Shown here one piece after another: positions 1 through 8,897 of a stretch of 44,587 nucleotides of DNA. The position numbers were made by a program, and so were the translations under genes. The stretch is from assembly GCA_015485585.1 (NCBI GenBank), contig WFTI01000035.1, positions 1 through 44,587 on the forward strand. Direction: 5' to 3'. The notes beneath the pieces are model-generated. The model searched no databases, was not told the DNA's origin, and was given only the letters and a program-made list of their open reading frames with translations. The stretch is from Candidatus Dojkabacteria bacterium (lineage in GTDB: Bacteria > Patescibacteriota > Dojkabacteria > GCA-002793355). Numbering within the stretch: position 1 is the first letter of the stretch; the number at the start of each line of letters is the position of its first letter.

Positions 1-2
1 GC

Positions 3-491
3 AACAACTTACCCTGGGAAGATTACCCTTTCCGACTCCTTACACCTACACATACATTCACTATTTACCCTCACGAAAAGGTTGGAGCACTAACCGCAGT
101 AATGCTCAAAAAACCAGAAAACTCTCCCGACCAACATAAGTGGTATTACATCCACTCCTCTCTTCCCAAAAGAGGTATTTGGGAGGAGATAATACAGCGT
201 CAAATCCCTGATGTTATAGCAAAGATATTAAACCATCGTACTATATTGATAGGTTTTTCCCTTGAACCTTTTCGTGTTTTAACGGATGCAATACGATTCG
301 GAAGGAAATATCCTACCTATGAAGAACGCCAAAAGATGAAGATGATTGCACATGTAGCTATGTCTTCTAGGTATGCAAACCGATTACCGGAAGTACTGAA
401 TTTTCCAGGAAGACTTATAGCAGATGGGTTATTCGCACTAGTTAGGGCCGCGCAGACACCAAGCGCAGAGGAAAAGACCAATCTAAAATAG
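3..491 (+). CDS. hypothetical protein, 5'-truncated by the window edge
   Basis: The frame of ORF 102..491 stays open back to position 3 (NNLPWEDYPFRLL...); no recognisable motif. Confidence 0.55.
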   Translation, partial: NNLPWEDYPFRLLTPTHTFTIYPHEKVGALTAVMLKKPENSPDQHKWYYIHSSLPKRGIWEEIIQRQIPDVIAKILNHRTILIGFSLEPFRVLTDAIRFGRKYPTYEERQKMKMIAHVAMSSRYANRLPEVLNFPGRLIADGLFALVRAAQTPSAEEKTNLK

Positions 492-720
492 GAGTCCCTT
501 CTCCTGTAGATATCTTAGAGCGAATACCTTAATCAGTGGATAGCTCAAGGTTTGCCGTGTTCTTGCGTAAGGAGAAAATCTGAAGCATCTTACGACTTTT
601 TATTCAGTTTGTAGTCATCAAAACCTAATCTCAAGAATATGTAAATATGTGCCTTACTATATTCCTTCAGGAACCTTCTTTACATCCCTGATATTAGTTC
701 CGTTTTAGTCCGTATCTCAA

Positions 721-793
721 AGCGGGCGACGGGGCTCGAACCCGCAACCTTCGCCTTGGAAGGGCGACGCTCTACCAGTTGAGCTACGCCCGC
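721..793 (-). tRNA. tRNA-Gly(TCC)
   Basis: Reverse complement GCGGGCGTAGCTCA...TCGCC-CT-TCC-AA-GGCGA...GGTTCGAGCCC...CGCCCGCT; no encoded CCA. Confidence 0.96.
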
Positions 794-801
794 ATAAAAG
801 G

Positions 802-1128
802 TTACTCCTTCAAAAGTTTCTCTAAATATTCTACCTTCTCTTCTATTTTACGCAACTGTTCTTTTAAACGTTGTAAAAGAGCTACAGCCAACTTTGCAGC
901 ATCAAGCTCTTCTTCTACAAAATAAGATATAGGCTTCTCAAGCTCCTCTGCTAACCTTGCTAACACTTCAACAGGTGGTGTAACTTTTGCTTTTTCATAA
1001 GCACTTATACTTTTATCAGAAAGTCCGGTAAGTAATCCTAGATCTCTTTGACTATACCCTTTCTGTTTGCGAGCAGCCCGCAACCTTTTAGCGATTCTAA
1101 TACGGATAGAATCTGGACTTGGAACCAT
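802..1128 (-). CDS. XRE-family (HTH_3) transcriptional regulator with C-terminal coiled coil
   Basis: RLRAARKQKGYSQRDLGLLTGLSDKSISAYEKAKVTPP is a typical XRE HTH; leucine-heptad tail. Confidence 0.88.
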   Translation of the reverse strand: MVPSPDSIRIRIAKRLRAARKQKGYSQRDLGLLTGLSDKSISAYEKAKVTPPVEVLARLAEELEKPISYFVEEELDAAKLAVALLQRLKEQLRKIEEKVEYLEKLLKE

Positions 1129-1134
1129 ATACGA

Positions 1135-1140
1135 ATTCTA
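1135..1140 (-). promoter_or_regulatory. -10 element TAGAAT (TGn-extended), 6 nt before the XRE gene ATG
   Basis: Minus strand tgaTAGAATtcgtatATG. Confidence 0.65.
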
Positions 1141-1154
1141 TCATAAATAGAAAA

Positions 1155-1634
1155 CTAAACGGGCTTTGCTTGTTGTCTACGAACCCATTGTACAAACCAC
1201 GCTCTAAGTCTCTTAAGAAAATAGATAGCGCCAACAACCAATAAAAACAGTAAGATCCAGAGTGAAGCTAAGTAAACTTGTTTTAAAACCTTATATTCAG
1301 GAGTAATGGGAACAAGCTCAAGGGTTTCTGAAAATCTCAAAATAGTCTCTTTGTTCACGGCATTTATCGTACCACCGCTATTAGAGATTACAGTAAATCC
1401 TATACGGAACTCTCCAGCCACCTGAGGATCAACCCAGAATTTTGTTATGTAACGCTGCCCTTTCTGCGGCGTATTAATGACATGTTTTGAAGGTTTTATG
1501 AATACCCCCTTTACTCCACTTGCACGTGGGATAACCTCTATTTTATCTACTTCTTCATCAATCCATACAATCACCTCTACTGGCACAACCTTGTTCCAAG
1601 GATACTGGGTGTTTACCTTAATATCGACCTTCAT
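1155..1634 (-). CDS. hypothetical beta-rich (Ig-like?) protein with C-terminal transmembrane anchor
   Basis: Alternating Val/Ile beta-strand pattern; hydrophobic LWILLFLLVVGAIYFL followed by KRLR; ATGA overlap with the upstream gene. Confidence 0.65.
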   Translation of the reverse strand: MKVDIKVNTQYPWNKVVPVEVIVWIDEEVDKIEVIPRASGVKGVFIKPSKHVINTPQKGQRYITKFWVDPQVAGEFRIGFTVISNSGGTINAVNKETILRFSETLELVPITPEYKVLKQVYLASLWILLFLLVVGAIYFLKRLRAWFVQWVRRQQAKPV

Positions 1635-2443
1635 AGTTGATCTTCGTCTATCTGAAATTCCAGCAATATTTTATCAAAATCCTCAAAAAACTCTTCGCTA
1701 GGTTCAAGTAACCAATTAAAACGCATTCCTCCTCTAAAATACTGCGTAATAAGAGGTGATCTTGGGGTAAGATGATACCTACGACTCACGAATGAAGGGT
1801 CAGCTAATACGAAGTTACTTACATACCTATACGAGGGGTTTTTTACTATCTCTAACTTTTCATTCCGAACAAGAGGAATAAAGGGTGGTAATCTCTTCTT
1901 GGTTTCAATGGTATTCTTGGGTTGTTTCTTGTTATGAATCTCGATAAATACAAGGGGGGTTTCTCCGATATTTACCACACAATACACCCACTCAGGAGGG
2001 ATAACTAACTTGTTTGCCTCATTTAACCTGATCATGAACACACTATCTTCTACACTTTCAAAACTATAAGGATGATCCACTATTTTATAAGGATACAAAA
2101 TAACTAAAGCTTCCCCTTCAACAACCTCCAAGACACGCGCATATTGTTTGTTTACCACCGGCTTTGTACGAGGAAACTCAACCCCCACAAAAAAAGGATT
2201 AATCGCTGAAAGCTTAATACGGATATTATCTTTACCTCGATTCACCGCTCGGGTAAGCCAAGCGGTAAGATACACAATATCAGTAAAGATCATCACCGCA
2301 TTTAAAAAAAACCGTTTTAATTGACTAATTTTATGGACAGTTACATCAGTAATATCATATGTCCAATGAGTCACGGAAACCTGAGGAGAAGAGAGATCAA
2401 TAACCACAGGCAATCTACACCGTTTATAAAGCTCAACCCGCAT
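1631..2443 (-). CDS. cupin-type (archaeal-type) glucose-6-phosphate isomerase homolog, metal ligands apparently lost
   Basis: EFPRTK..., VLEVVEGEALVIL and IPPEWVYCVVNIGETPLVF resemble the cupin PGI motifs TKGHxH..E and VPPxWAHxxVNIGDEP. Confidence 0.65.
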   Translation of the reverse strand: MRVELYKRCRLPVVIDLSSPQVSVTHWTYDITDVTVHKISQLKRFFLNAVMIFTDIVYLTAWLTRAVNRGKDNIRIKLSAINPFFVGVEFPRTKPVVNKQYARVLEVVEGEALVILYPYKIVDHPYSFESVEDSVFMIRLNEANKLVIPPEWVYCVVNIGETPLVFIEIHNKKQPKNTIETKKRLPPFIPLVRNEKLEIVKNPSYRYVSNFVLADPSFVSRRYHLTPRSPLITQYFRGGMRFNWLLEPSEEFFEDFDKILLEFQIDEDQL

Positions 2444-2448
2444 ATCGA

Positions 2449-2454
2449 ATTATA
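2449..2454 (-). promoter_or_regulatory. -10 element TATAAT (TGn-extended), 5 nt before ATG 2443
   Basis: Minus strand ttgcTATAATtcgatATG. Confidence 0.7.
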
Positions 2455-2463
2455 GCAATGCGA

Positions 2464-3498
2464 TCAAACCTCTTCTTCGTTCTGAGTTATCCAAGGCGAA
2501 AAATACACGCGAGTACGAATGTATTTATGATATTCTCCAAAACCGTATTCATCGGGTTTTTTGGTTCGCAGCTCTTTCTGATATTGTTTTACTTTACTTG
2601 ACGCCCCATCAACAACCGATACGATTATAGCCTCAATAGTAGCTGGCCGTAAAGGAGATCCATACTCAAGCTCTCCATGATGCGAAAGAATAATATGGAA
2701 AAGATGTAGTTTATACTCTTCAGGAAAATCTTCACTTAAGAAACGGTTTACTATCTCTATTCCAAGATTAATATGCCCTAAAAGATGGCCCTTTTTGGTT
2801 CGACGTATATTGGTGCGTAAGGTTTCGTATTCTATGATCTTACCGATATCGTGTAACAATATACCTGCTATAACTATATCACGGTTAGCTTCTGGATAAT
2901 GAGGTAAGATCGCTTCAGCCATATGCACCATCTCAAGCGTATGCTCAAGAAGCCCTCCAGGATAATCGTGGTGTACTGTTTCTCCTGCTGCAGAACGTTT
3001 AAAAGCCTCACTAATAATAGGATCTTTAAAGATATTTTCAAGTAACTTCTTAATATGTGGATCTTGTATGGTTCCGATAATATCTAGTAATTCTTTATAA
3101 AGTTTCTCTACATCTTCTTGCAAAAGATTTGCCACAAGCTGGGTAAGTTCAACCTCAAACTCAGTAACCCTTTTAAGTTCTGTAATCCTAATGTATCTTT
3201 TACCATTAAACTCTGTAAGGAGTCCTCCTATCACTACTATATCTCCTTCCTTTAACTCGGTGATATTACACCTTTCAAAATCTTCTTGCCATATACGCGC
3301 TGGAATACGGCCGGTTCGATCCCCTAATTCTAGACGAAGATACGGAGTGCCATCACTTGTACGATGTTGGCGCAGGTTAAAAACAATAAAGGGTTCCTGT
3401 TCAATTACATTACTAAAGTCATCAGTCTGAAACAAGTGTTGAGCCCAATAGTTTTTTACGTACTTACGTGGAGTATTTACGTTGCCTTGCGATGCCAT
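2464..3498 (-). CDS. yhaM: 3'-5' exoribonuclease YhaM/Cbf1 family (OB fold + HD domain)
   Basis: N-terminal OB fold (LELGDRTGRIPARIW); HH-x-x-x-GGLLEHT, LLHDIGK and ILSHHG-x-LEYGSP motifs. Confidence 0.88.
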   Translation of the reverse strand: MASQGNVNTPRKYVKNYWAQHLFQTDDFSNVIEQEPFIVFNLRQHRTSDGTPYLRLELGDRTGRIPARIWQEDFERCNITELKEGDIVVIGGLLTEFNGKRYIRITELKRVTEFEVELTQLVANLLQEDVEKLYKELLDIIGTIQDPHIKKLLENIFKDPIISEAFKRSAAGETVHHDYPGGLLEHTLEMVHMAEAILPHYPEANRDIVIAGILLHDIGKIIEYETLRTNIRRTKKGHLLGHINLGIEIVNRFLSEDFPEEYKLHLFHIILSHHGELEYGSPLRPATIEAIIVSVVDGASSKVKQYQKELRTKKPDEYGFGEYHKYIRTRVYFSPWITQNEEEV

Positions 3499-4354
3499 AT
3501 AGCTCTATTATAAACCCTAACAAAATAAGAAATATAAAGAAGCTTTGCCCTGCTGTAAACGGCGTATTAATTACATATCTTTCTAAAATAACAGTCACAA
3601 GGCTCTGAAGATACGTAAACATCATAAGTTCTGAAACCTCAAAATAATTTAAAGCCTTTGTAAAAAGATGATTACCTATAACCCCTGTGACTATAGCTAC
3701 AAAAAGTATACGCCAATCAACGTAAAAACTATATTGTATTAAAGCTGTTGGGTTCGTAAAAAGAATAATAACTAAAAAGCCAATAAAAGATAGCACAATA
3801 GTAAGAGTATTGTACTCTTCAACAAACCTCTCTTTAACATGTTTTTTATAAAGGACAACACCGATAGTGGTGGCCACAATACTAAGCACTGTTAGAATCA
3901 CTCCTAACCATGAGGTCTCTAAGGTTAAATCATAACGTATAAGGGTAAGTGCCAACGAGGCAATAATCACGATGGTTGATCCTATAATTTCAAACCTGCC
4001 CATCTTGTCATGGAAAAATAAGACTCCAACCAAAATAAACAGAAGAGGAGTAAGATTCCCCATAAGGGTAACTAAACCAGCAGGAGCATATGCTAAGGCT
4101 TCATAAAAAAGCCAGAGGGCAATAAAACTATAAAAAAGAGCAGAGATCACAACAGGTAAATTTTTAAGGGTTGCCTTAAATTCAGTGGGTTTTATATAAC
4201 TTCTATTAAGCAGAAGAAGCAGTAACGTACCATAAAAGTAACGGAAATAAAGTAATACTGAGGCACCATATTCTGTCACCACTCCTTCAGCTATGATTGG
4301 GGTAACCCCAAATATGAGTACAAACCCAAGAATATACAAAAAAGCTTTTAACAC
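3464..4354 (-). CDS. EamA/DMT-family transporter
   Basis: About 296 aa with ~10 TM helices in two repeats; FR and L-x-P motifs of EamA; exact start uncertain. Confidence 0.8.
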   Translation of the reverse strand: MLKAFLYILGFVLIFGVTPIIAEGVVTEYGASVLLYFRYFYGTLLLLLLNRSYIKPTEFKATLKNLPVVISALFYSFIALWLFYEALAYAPAGLVTLMGNLTPLLFILVGVLFFHDKMGRFEIIGSTIVIIASLALTLIRYDLTLETSWLGVILTVLSIVATTIGVVLYKKHVKERFVEEYNTLTIVLSFIGFLVIILFTNPTALIQYSFYVDWRILFVAIVTGVIGNHLFTKALNYFEVSELMMFTYLQSLVTVILERYVINTPFTAGQSFFIFLILLGFIIELYGIARQRKYST

Positions 4355-4388
4355 CTCCTTCTTGTTTCAAATATTACCTATCTTTCAA

Positions 4389-4462
4389 AGCTGGAGCCGG
4401 GATTCGAACCCGGGACCCCACCCTTACCATGGGTGTGCTCTGACCAACTGAGCTACTCCAGC
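4389..4462 (-). tRNA. tRNA-Thr(GGT)
   Basis: Anticodon arm CACCC-AT-GGT-AA-GGGTG; T-loop GGTTCGAATCC. Confidence 0.96.
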
Positions 4463-4467
4463 CTCCA

Positions 4468-4539
4468 AGCCGGGAGTGGGATTCGAACCCACGACCCGCG
4501 GTTTACAAAACCGCTGCTCTACCGCTGAGCTATCCCGGC
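4468..4539 (-). tRNA. tRNA-Thr(TGT)
   Basis: Anticodon arm GCGGT-TT-TGT-AA-ACCGC; acceptor stem GCCGGGA/TCCCGGC. Confidence 0.96.
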
Positions 4540-4562
4540 TATTACTAGAAATTATACTAGAT

Positions 4563-5153
4563 TCAGCTAATAAACAACAAGCTTAGATTAACCCAAAGTC
4601 TGGTGACAAGCCCAAAAAATGTTTCAGAAAAGAGCAACAAAAACACCAGAAGGGCAATAATTCCATATCTTTCATAGTCAGATAGCCTGTATATGTCTAC
4701 ATATTGACGATTCAACAGCAAAAACAGAGCTTTCCCACCATCTAAAGGTGGAAATGGCAAAAGGTTAAAAAACGCTAAAGCAAAATTAATAAATGAAAAC
4801 TGTAGTAAAAAGACTTTTTCTATATTAAACACTGAAAGTAACACTAAGGCAAGCATGGTAAGTAAAAGGTTTGCTGCTGGGCCTGCTAATAAGGTTGTGA
4901 TAGGCGCAACTGTTCCTTTTAATCTAAGAAGCGAAAAGTCTACCGGCACAGGTTTAGCCCAACCGATTTTGAAGAATATAAATGCCAGGCTACCCCATAT
5001 ATCAAGATGTTTTAAAGGATTCAAAGTCAAACGCCCTGCAAGTTTAGGAGTATTATCACCCCACCAATACGCCACCTTTGCATGGGCATATTCGTGTAAG
5101 ACCACTCCGATTATTAACGAAACTATTAAAGGAAAATCTGTTAGAAATTCCAT
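4563..5153 (-). CDS. site-2 protease (M50-family membrane zinc metalloprotease)
   Basis: HEYAH, GRLTLNPLKHLD, GWAKPVPV, AGP and FNLLPFPPLDGG motifs; TATAAT at 5159-5164, 5 nt before the ATG. Confidence 0.93.
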   Translation of the reverse strand: MEFLTDFPLIVSLIIGVVLHEYAHAKVAYWWGDNTPKLAGRLTLNPLKHLDIWGSLAFIFFKIGWAKPVPVDFSLLRLKGTVAPITTLLAGPAANLLLTMLALVLLSVFNIEKVFLLQFSFINFALAFFNLLPFPPLDGGKALFLLLNRQYVDIYRLSDYERYGIIALLVFLLLFSETFFGLVTRLWVNLSLLFIS

Positions 5154-5166
5154 TTTTTATTATACC

Positions 5167-5240
5167 CGCGCCCGGCAGGACTCGAACCTGCAACCTCTGG
5201 TTCCGCAAACCAGTGCTCTATCCAATTGAGCTACGGGCGC
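5167..5240 (-). tRNA. tRNA-Arg(GCG)
   Basis: Anticodon arm CTGGT-TT-GCG-GA-ACCAG; D-loop has A20 (TTGGATA), the Arg identity element. Confidence 0.94.
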
Positions 5241-5276
5241 AAAATCGTTAATATATTATATCTGAAGAACCTAAGG

Positions 5277-5624
5277 TTATTGAGTATTTTGTTCCCCATT
5301 ATTGTTTTCTTTTTGATTCTGCTCTCCTTCGCCTCCATCATTCTTTTCTTTCTTTAAAGGAGGCTTATCAGGCCAGATCTTCTTCTTCTCTTCAGGAGGA
5401 AGTACTAGCTTTAAAACAGCTTCAGATGGTTGAGCACCTTTCCGTAACCATTCCTCATACGCTTTCATATCGATCTTGACACCATCTTTCTCAGCCTTTG
5501 GATCATATGTACCTATTAATGCAACATATTTACCTGTATTGCGTTTTCTGCGGGCATCCACAACTACAATACGGTAGAATGGCCTGTGTTTTCGTCCAAT
5601 ACGCATTAATCTGATCCTTAGCAT
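5277..5624 (-). CDS. rpsP: 30S ribosomal protein S16 with a low-complexity C-terminal tail
   Basis: MLRIRLMRIGRKHRPFYRIVVVDARRKR...IGTYDP...WLRKGAQPS. Confidence 0.97.
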   Translation of the reverse strand: MLRIRLMRIGRKHRPFYRIVVVDARRKRNTGKYVALIGTYDPKAEKDGVKIDMKAYEEWLRKGAQPSEAVLKLVLPPEEKKKIWPDKPPLKKEKNDGGEGEQNQKENNNGEQNTQ

Positions 5625-6379
5625 TATTCATGATCTTTTATCTTATCTCTCTGTTTATACAATTTATCTAATGCCTTCCAAGCAGCATCTGCTTCAGCCT
5701 CTTTTTTTGAAGCTCCAGTTCCTGAGGCTAAAACGTTACCTTGTATTTTAACATGAACCGTATAAGTCTTTGCATGATCTGCCCCTTCTTCTTTTATAAC
5801 CTCATATTCTGGCAACACATGCCATCTTTGCTGCGTATATTCTTGGAGCCGAGTCTTAGAATCATAATATGACTTGTTTTGAATCACCTCATCAACCCTT
5901 GGAAAGACTGTTTTAGATACCCAACTACGAGCCTCATCAAGTCCGGCATCTATATACAAAGCTCCTAAAATGCTCTCATAAACCGCGGCTAAGATATGAG
6001 GTTTTTTATAACCTTTTGAGGCGTATTCGCTTCTGCTCATGATAATGTATCTGTTAATTCCTGTGTTTTGGATTATCTCGCTTAAGGTTTTTGTATTAAC
6101 AGCCACTGATTTCACCTTACTCATTACTCCTTCATCAAGCTCTTGATAAAACCGATAAAGATACTCACTAACCAGCAGATTTAATACACTGTCACCCAAA
6201 AACTCCAACCGCTCATAAGAGTAAAGGGGACGTTTAAGCTTTTTTAAGATATTTATATACGAACGGTGGGTAAGTGCAGCAAGAAGCAAACTTTTATCTT
6301 TGAAACTATATTCTAAGATCTCCTCTACCTTCTGTATTGATCTTTGCTCCGCTTCTGTTAAATTGAAAGTAAGGACCAT
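5624..6379 (-). CDS. rnc: ribonuclease III
   Basis: ALTHRSY and ERLEFLGDSVL signature; C-terminal dsRBD (DSKTRLQEYTQ...GTGASKKEAE). Confidence 0.97.
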   Translation of the reverse strand: MVLTFNLTEAEQRSIQKVEEILEYSFKDKSLLLAALTHRSYINILKKLKRPLYSYERLEFLGDSVLNLLVSEYLYRFYQELDEGVMSKVKSVAVNTKTLSEIIQNTGINRYIIMSRSEYASKGYKKPHILAAVYESILGALYIDAGLDEARSWVSKTVFPRVDEVIQNKSYYDSKTRLQEYTQQRWHVLPEYEVIKEEGADHAKTYTVHVKIQGNVLASGTGASKKEAEADAAWKALDKLYKQRDKIKDHE

Positions 6380-6391
6380 GATAAATTATAC

Positions 6392-6799
6392 TTATTCTGA
6401 TTCCAGTAGTTCAGGAAACTCATTTCGTAAGATGTTTCCTAGTACACCGTTTACAAATCTATAGCTTTGGTCTGTTCCGAACCTTTTTGCAAGCTCAACA
6501 GCCTCATTAATTCCTACCTTAACAGGCACTGCCTTAGCATAAAAGGTCTCAGCGATCGCTACTCTTAACACCGCATGATCAGGCTTGTTCAAACTTTCAA
6601 GAGGACGTTTGGGAGAATATTTCTGTATTAACTCATCGATCTCATTGCGATGTTTTGCAAGCACCTTTTTAATCGTTCGATATCGCTCTTTATCAAACTC
6701 CTCTACCTCATATTTAAATGAGGGCTCACCTAATAATTCAGCATACTCTTCTTGGATAAGTTTTACACGTGTTTTACGAAACTTATCAATATTCTGCAT
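6392..6799 (-). CDS. nusB: transcription antitermination factor NusB
   Basis: DHAVLRVAIAE, VGINEAVELAKRFG and FVNGVLG motifs. Confidence 0.93.
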   Translation of the reverse strand: MQNIDKFRKTRVKLIQEEYAELLGEPSFKYEVEEFDKERYRTIKKVLAKHRNEIDELIQKYSPKRPLESLNKPDHAVLRVAIAETFYAKAVPVKVGINEAVELAKRFGTDQSYRFVNGVLGNILRNEFPELLESE

Positions 6800-6801
6800 A
6801 T

Positions 6802-6963
6802 TTAATATTTCTTACAGTTAAAACAAACCATGTGTGGAATCTTTAAATGGCCACAGTATTTACAACGCACAGGATTCTGCAGAATATTGATAATCTTACG
6901 CATCTTTTTTTTCATATTAACCCGTTTTTTACGTCGTGATAAACGTCGCTTAGGAACCGCCAT
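6802..6963 (-). CDS. rpmF: 50S ribosomal protein L32 (not in the ORF track)
   Basis: Manual translation MAVPKRRLSRRKKRVNMKKKMRKIINILQNPVRCKYCGHLKIPHMVCFNCKKY*; MAVPK start and CxxC...CxxC. Confidence 0.95.
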   Translation of the reverse strand: MAVPKRRLSRRKKRVNMKKKMRKIINILQNPVRCKYCGHLKIPHMVCFNCKKY

Positions 6964-7018
6964 TTTTCATCTGTATTTATCTTATCTTCTACTCCCTTAG
7001 TATATCACAGAAGCACGG

Positions 7019-7024
7019 TATAAT
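7019..7024 (+). promoter_or_regulatory. -10 element TATAAT, 6 nt before the mreB ATG
   Basis: cggTATAATtccgctATG. Confidence 0.7.
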
Positions 7025-7030
7025 TCCGCT

Positions 7031-8086
7031 ATGTGGATTAATAAAATAAAACGCTGGTTATCTCCTTTCTCATTTGATGTAGGAATAGACCTAGGAACAG
7101 CTAACACCCGTGTAGGAATAAAAGGTGTAGGGTTAATAAAAATAGAACCTTCAGTAGTCGCAATTAATAAAACAACCCAGGAGGTACTTGCTGTAGGAGA
7201 AAAAGCCAAAGAGATGCTTGGGAAAACACCAGCAAATATTGTAGCAGTGAGACCTCTGCGTGATGGGGTTGTAGTAGATTTTGAAACTACCCTCGCAATG
7301 TTAAGACATTTTATTCAGGTAGCTAAAGAAAGGGCAGCCTCATCTAGTATTCTTGCACGTCCCCGCGTACTTATTGGAGTACCTTTTACTATTACAGATG
7401 TTGAGAAAGAGGCAACTATAGATGCTGCTTTATATGCTGGAGCTAAAGAAGCATATGTGATTGAAGAACCAATAGCAGCAGCAATCGGTATCGGATTACC
7501 TATTCAAGAACCCCAAGGTAATATGATTGTAGATATAGGAGGAGGGACAACAGATATCACCATTATCTCCCTAGGAGGATTAGTTGTGGATAAAACCATC
7601 CCCATAGCAGGTGATGAGATGGACACAGCCATTATTGAATATGTCAAAAACACCTACGGTCTCCTTATAGGTCCTCAAACAGCAGAAGATATCAAAAAGA
7701 CTCTTGGGAACATCTTAGTAGAGAAAAATCCTAAGAAATCTCTAGTCCATGGAACCGATATAAATACCCGTCTTCCGCATAGTATTGAGATCTCTGAGGC
7801 TGATGTTGCTGAAGCACTGTATCCTATAATAGCTCGGATTACCGATGCAATTAAAGAAGCTTTAGAAGAGGCACCTCCTGAGATCAACGCGGATATAAGG
7901 CAAAGAGGAATCTATATTACCGGAGGTGGTAGTCAGATTAAAAACCTAGATAAGTTCTGGCAAAAAGAGTTAGATATTCCTGTAAAACGAGCGACAGAGC
8001 CTCATTTAAGCGTTTTAAAAGGGATCCTTAAAGCCTTTGATAATCTTGAATATATCAAAAAACTACAAGAACGCCCCTTAATTTAA
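7031..8086 (+). CDS. mreB: rod shape-determining protein MreB
   Basis: GIDLGTANT, EPSVVA, RPLRDGV, EEPIAAAIG, VDIGGGTTD and TGGG motifs. Confidence 0.97.
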   Translation: MWINKIKRWLSPFSFDVGIDLGTANTRVGIKGVGLIKIEPSVVAINKTTQEVLAVGEKAKEMLGKTPANIVAVRPLRDGVVVDFETTLAMLRHFIQVAKERAASSSILARPRVLIGVPFTITDVEKEATIDAALYAGAKEAYVIEEPIAAAIGIGLPIQEPQGNMIVDIGGGTTDITIISLGGLVVDKTIPIAGDEMDTAIIEYVKNTYGLLIGPQTAEDIKKTLGNILVEKNPKKSLVHGTDINTRLPHSIEISEADVAEALYPIIARITDAIKEALEEAPPEINADIRQRGIYITGGGSQIKNLDKFWQKELDIPVKRATEPHLSVLKGILKAFDNLEYIKKLQERPLI

Positions 8087-8099
8087 CGAAAATTATTAG

Positions 8100-8897
8100 A
8101 TGACTAACCGCAGAAAGATACAGCACTTTATTCTAGTTGGAGGTTTTACCGTTGCATTTAACATCCTCCTTTTCATAGGTGCCTTTTTCAGTGTCTATTC
8201 ACGGATACTCTATCCTTTACAATTCGGGGTGTTGTTTATTAAATCAGAGATTGAATCAAAAAAGATAAAGATACAATCTATCATCGAATCTCTGAAAGAA
8301 AGCACCCGTTTAAAAGAGAAACTCTTAGAACTTCAGGTTGAAAATATCAAATTAAGAGAAAAACTAACAAACCCAACAAATAACACTTTATCCACCCTGA
8401 ACAATAAAAAGGTAATACCAGTAAAAATCGTTGCTATTAATTACCCACAGCAAGGATTAATTATCGGGTTAGTTGATCAGACCTATAGTGAACTACTAAA
8501 AGAGACATTCCAAGATAACACTACCCCACGTTATGTGATCACAAAAGATGGTATCTTTGTAGGAAAAGTAAAAACAGTAATCTCTCCATGGATTATTATT
8601 GAAACCCTATACACTAACGGTTTTGAAGTACCAGTAGTAATTCCATCCACAAAAGAAGTGGGCATCTTAAAAAAGACTCCTGAGGGACTTATTGTCGATG
8701 AGATAACAAAAACAGAAAAGCTAAAATTAAAAGAGATTGTTAAAGTAATAGACCCAAATGGATTATCAAACCTTATACCTGTAGGCATCATAGAAAATAT
8801 AGAACCCAAGCATGCGTCAAACAGCGTTAAACTAAAGATTACTCCCACATGGCAAATAACCAAAACCGAGGATAACATCTTTGTAATAATCCGATGA
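8100..8897 (+). CDS. mreC: rod shape-determining protein MreC (divergent)
   Basis: N-terminal TM, coiled coil (EN-x-x-LR), beta domain with GIFVGKV and IPVG; lies directly after mreB. Confidence 0.75.
   Translation: MTNRRKIQHFILVGGFTVAFNILLFIGAFFSVYSRILYPLQFGVLFIKSEIESKKIKIQSIIESLKESTRLKEKLLELQVENIKLREKLTNPTNNTLSTLNNKKVIPVKIVAINYPQQGLIIGLVDQTYSELLKETFQDNTTPRYVITKDGIFVGKVKTVISPWIIIETLYTNGFEVPVVIPSTKEVGILKKTPEGLIVDEITKTEKLKLKEIVKVIDPNGLSNLIPVGIIENIEPKHASNSVKLKITPTWQITKTEDNIFVIIR

Noticed and set aside
536-550. GTGGATAGCTCAAGG resembling a tRNA 5' fragment
   Set aside because: No anticodon arm, T-loop or acceptor partner; too short to exclude chance
1631-2466. Alternative genetic code (UGA = Gly, as in Gracilibacteria and Absconditabacteria)
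   Set aside because: TGA ends full-length genes (yhaM, thrS, ATGA overlaps) and conserved genes have no in-frame TGA
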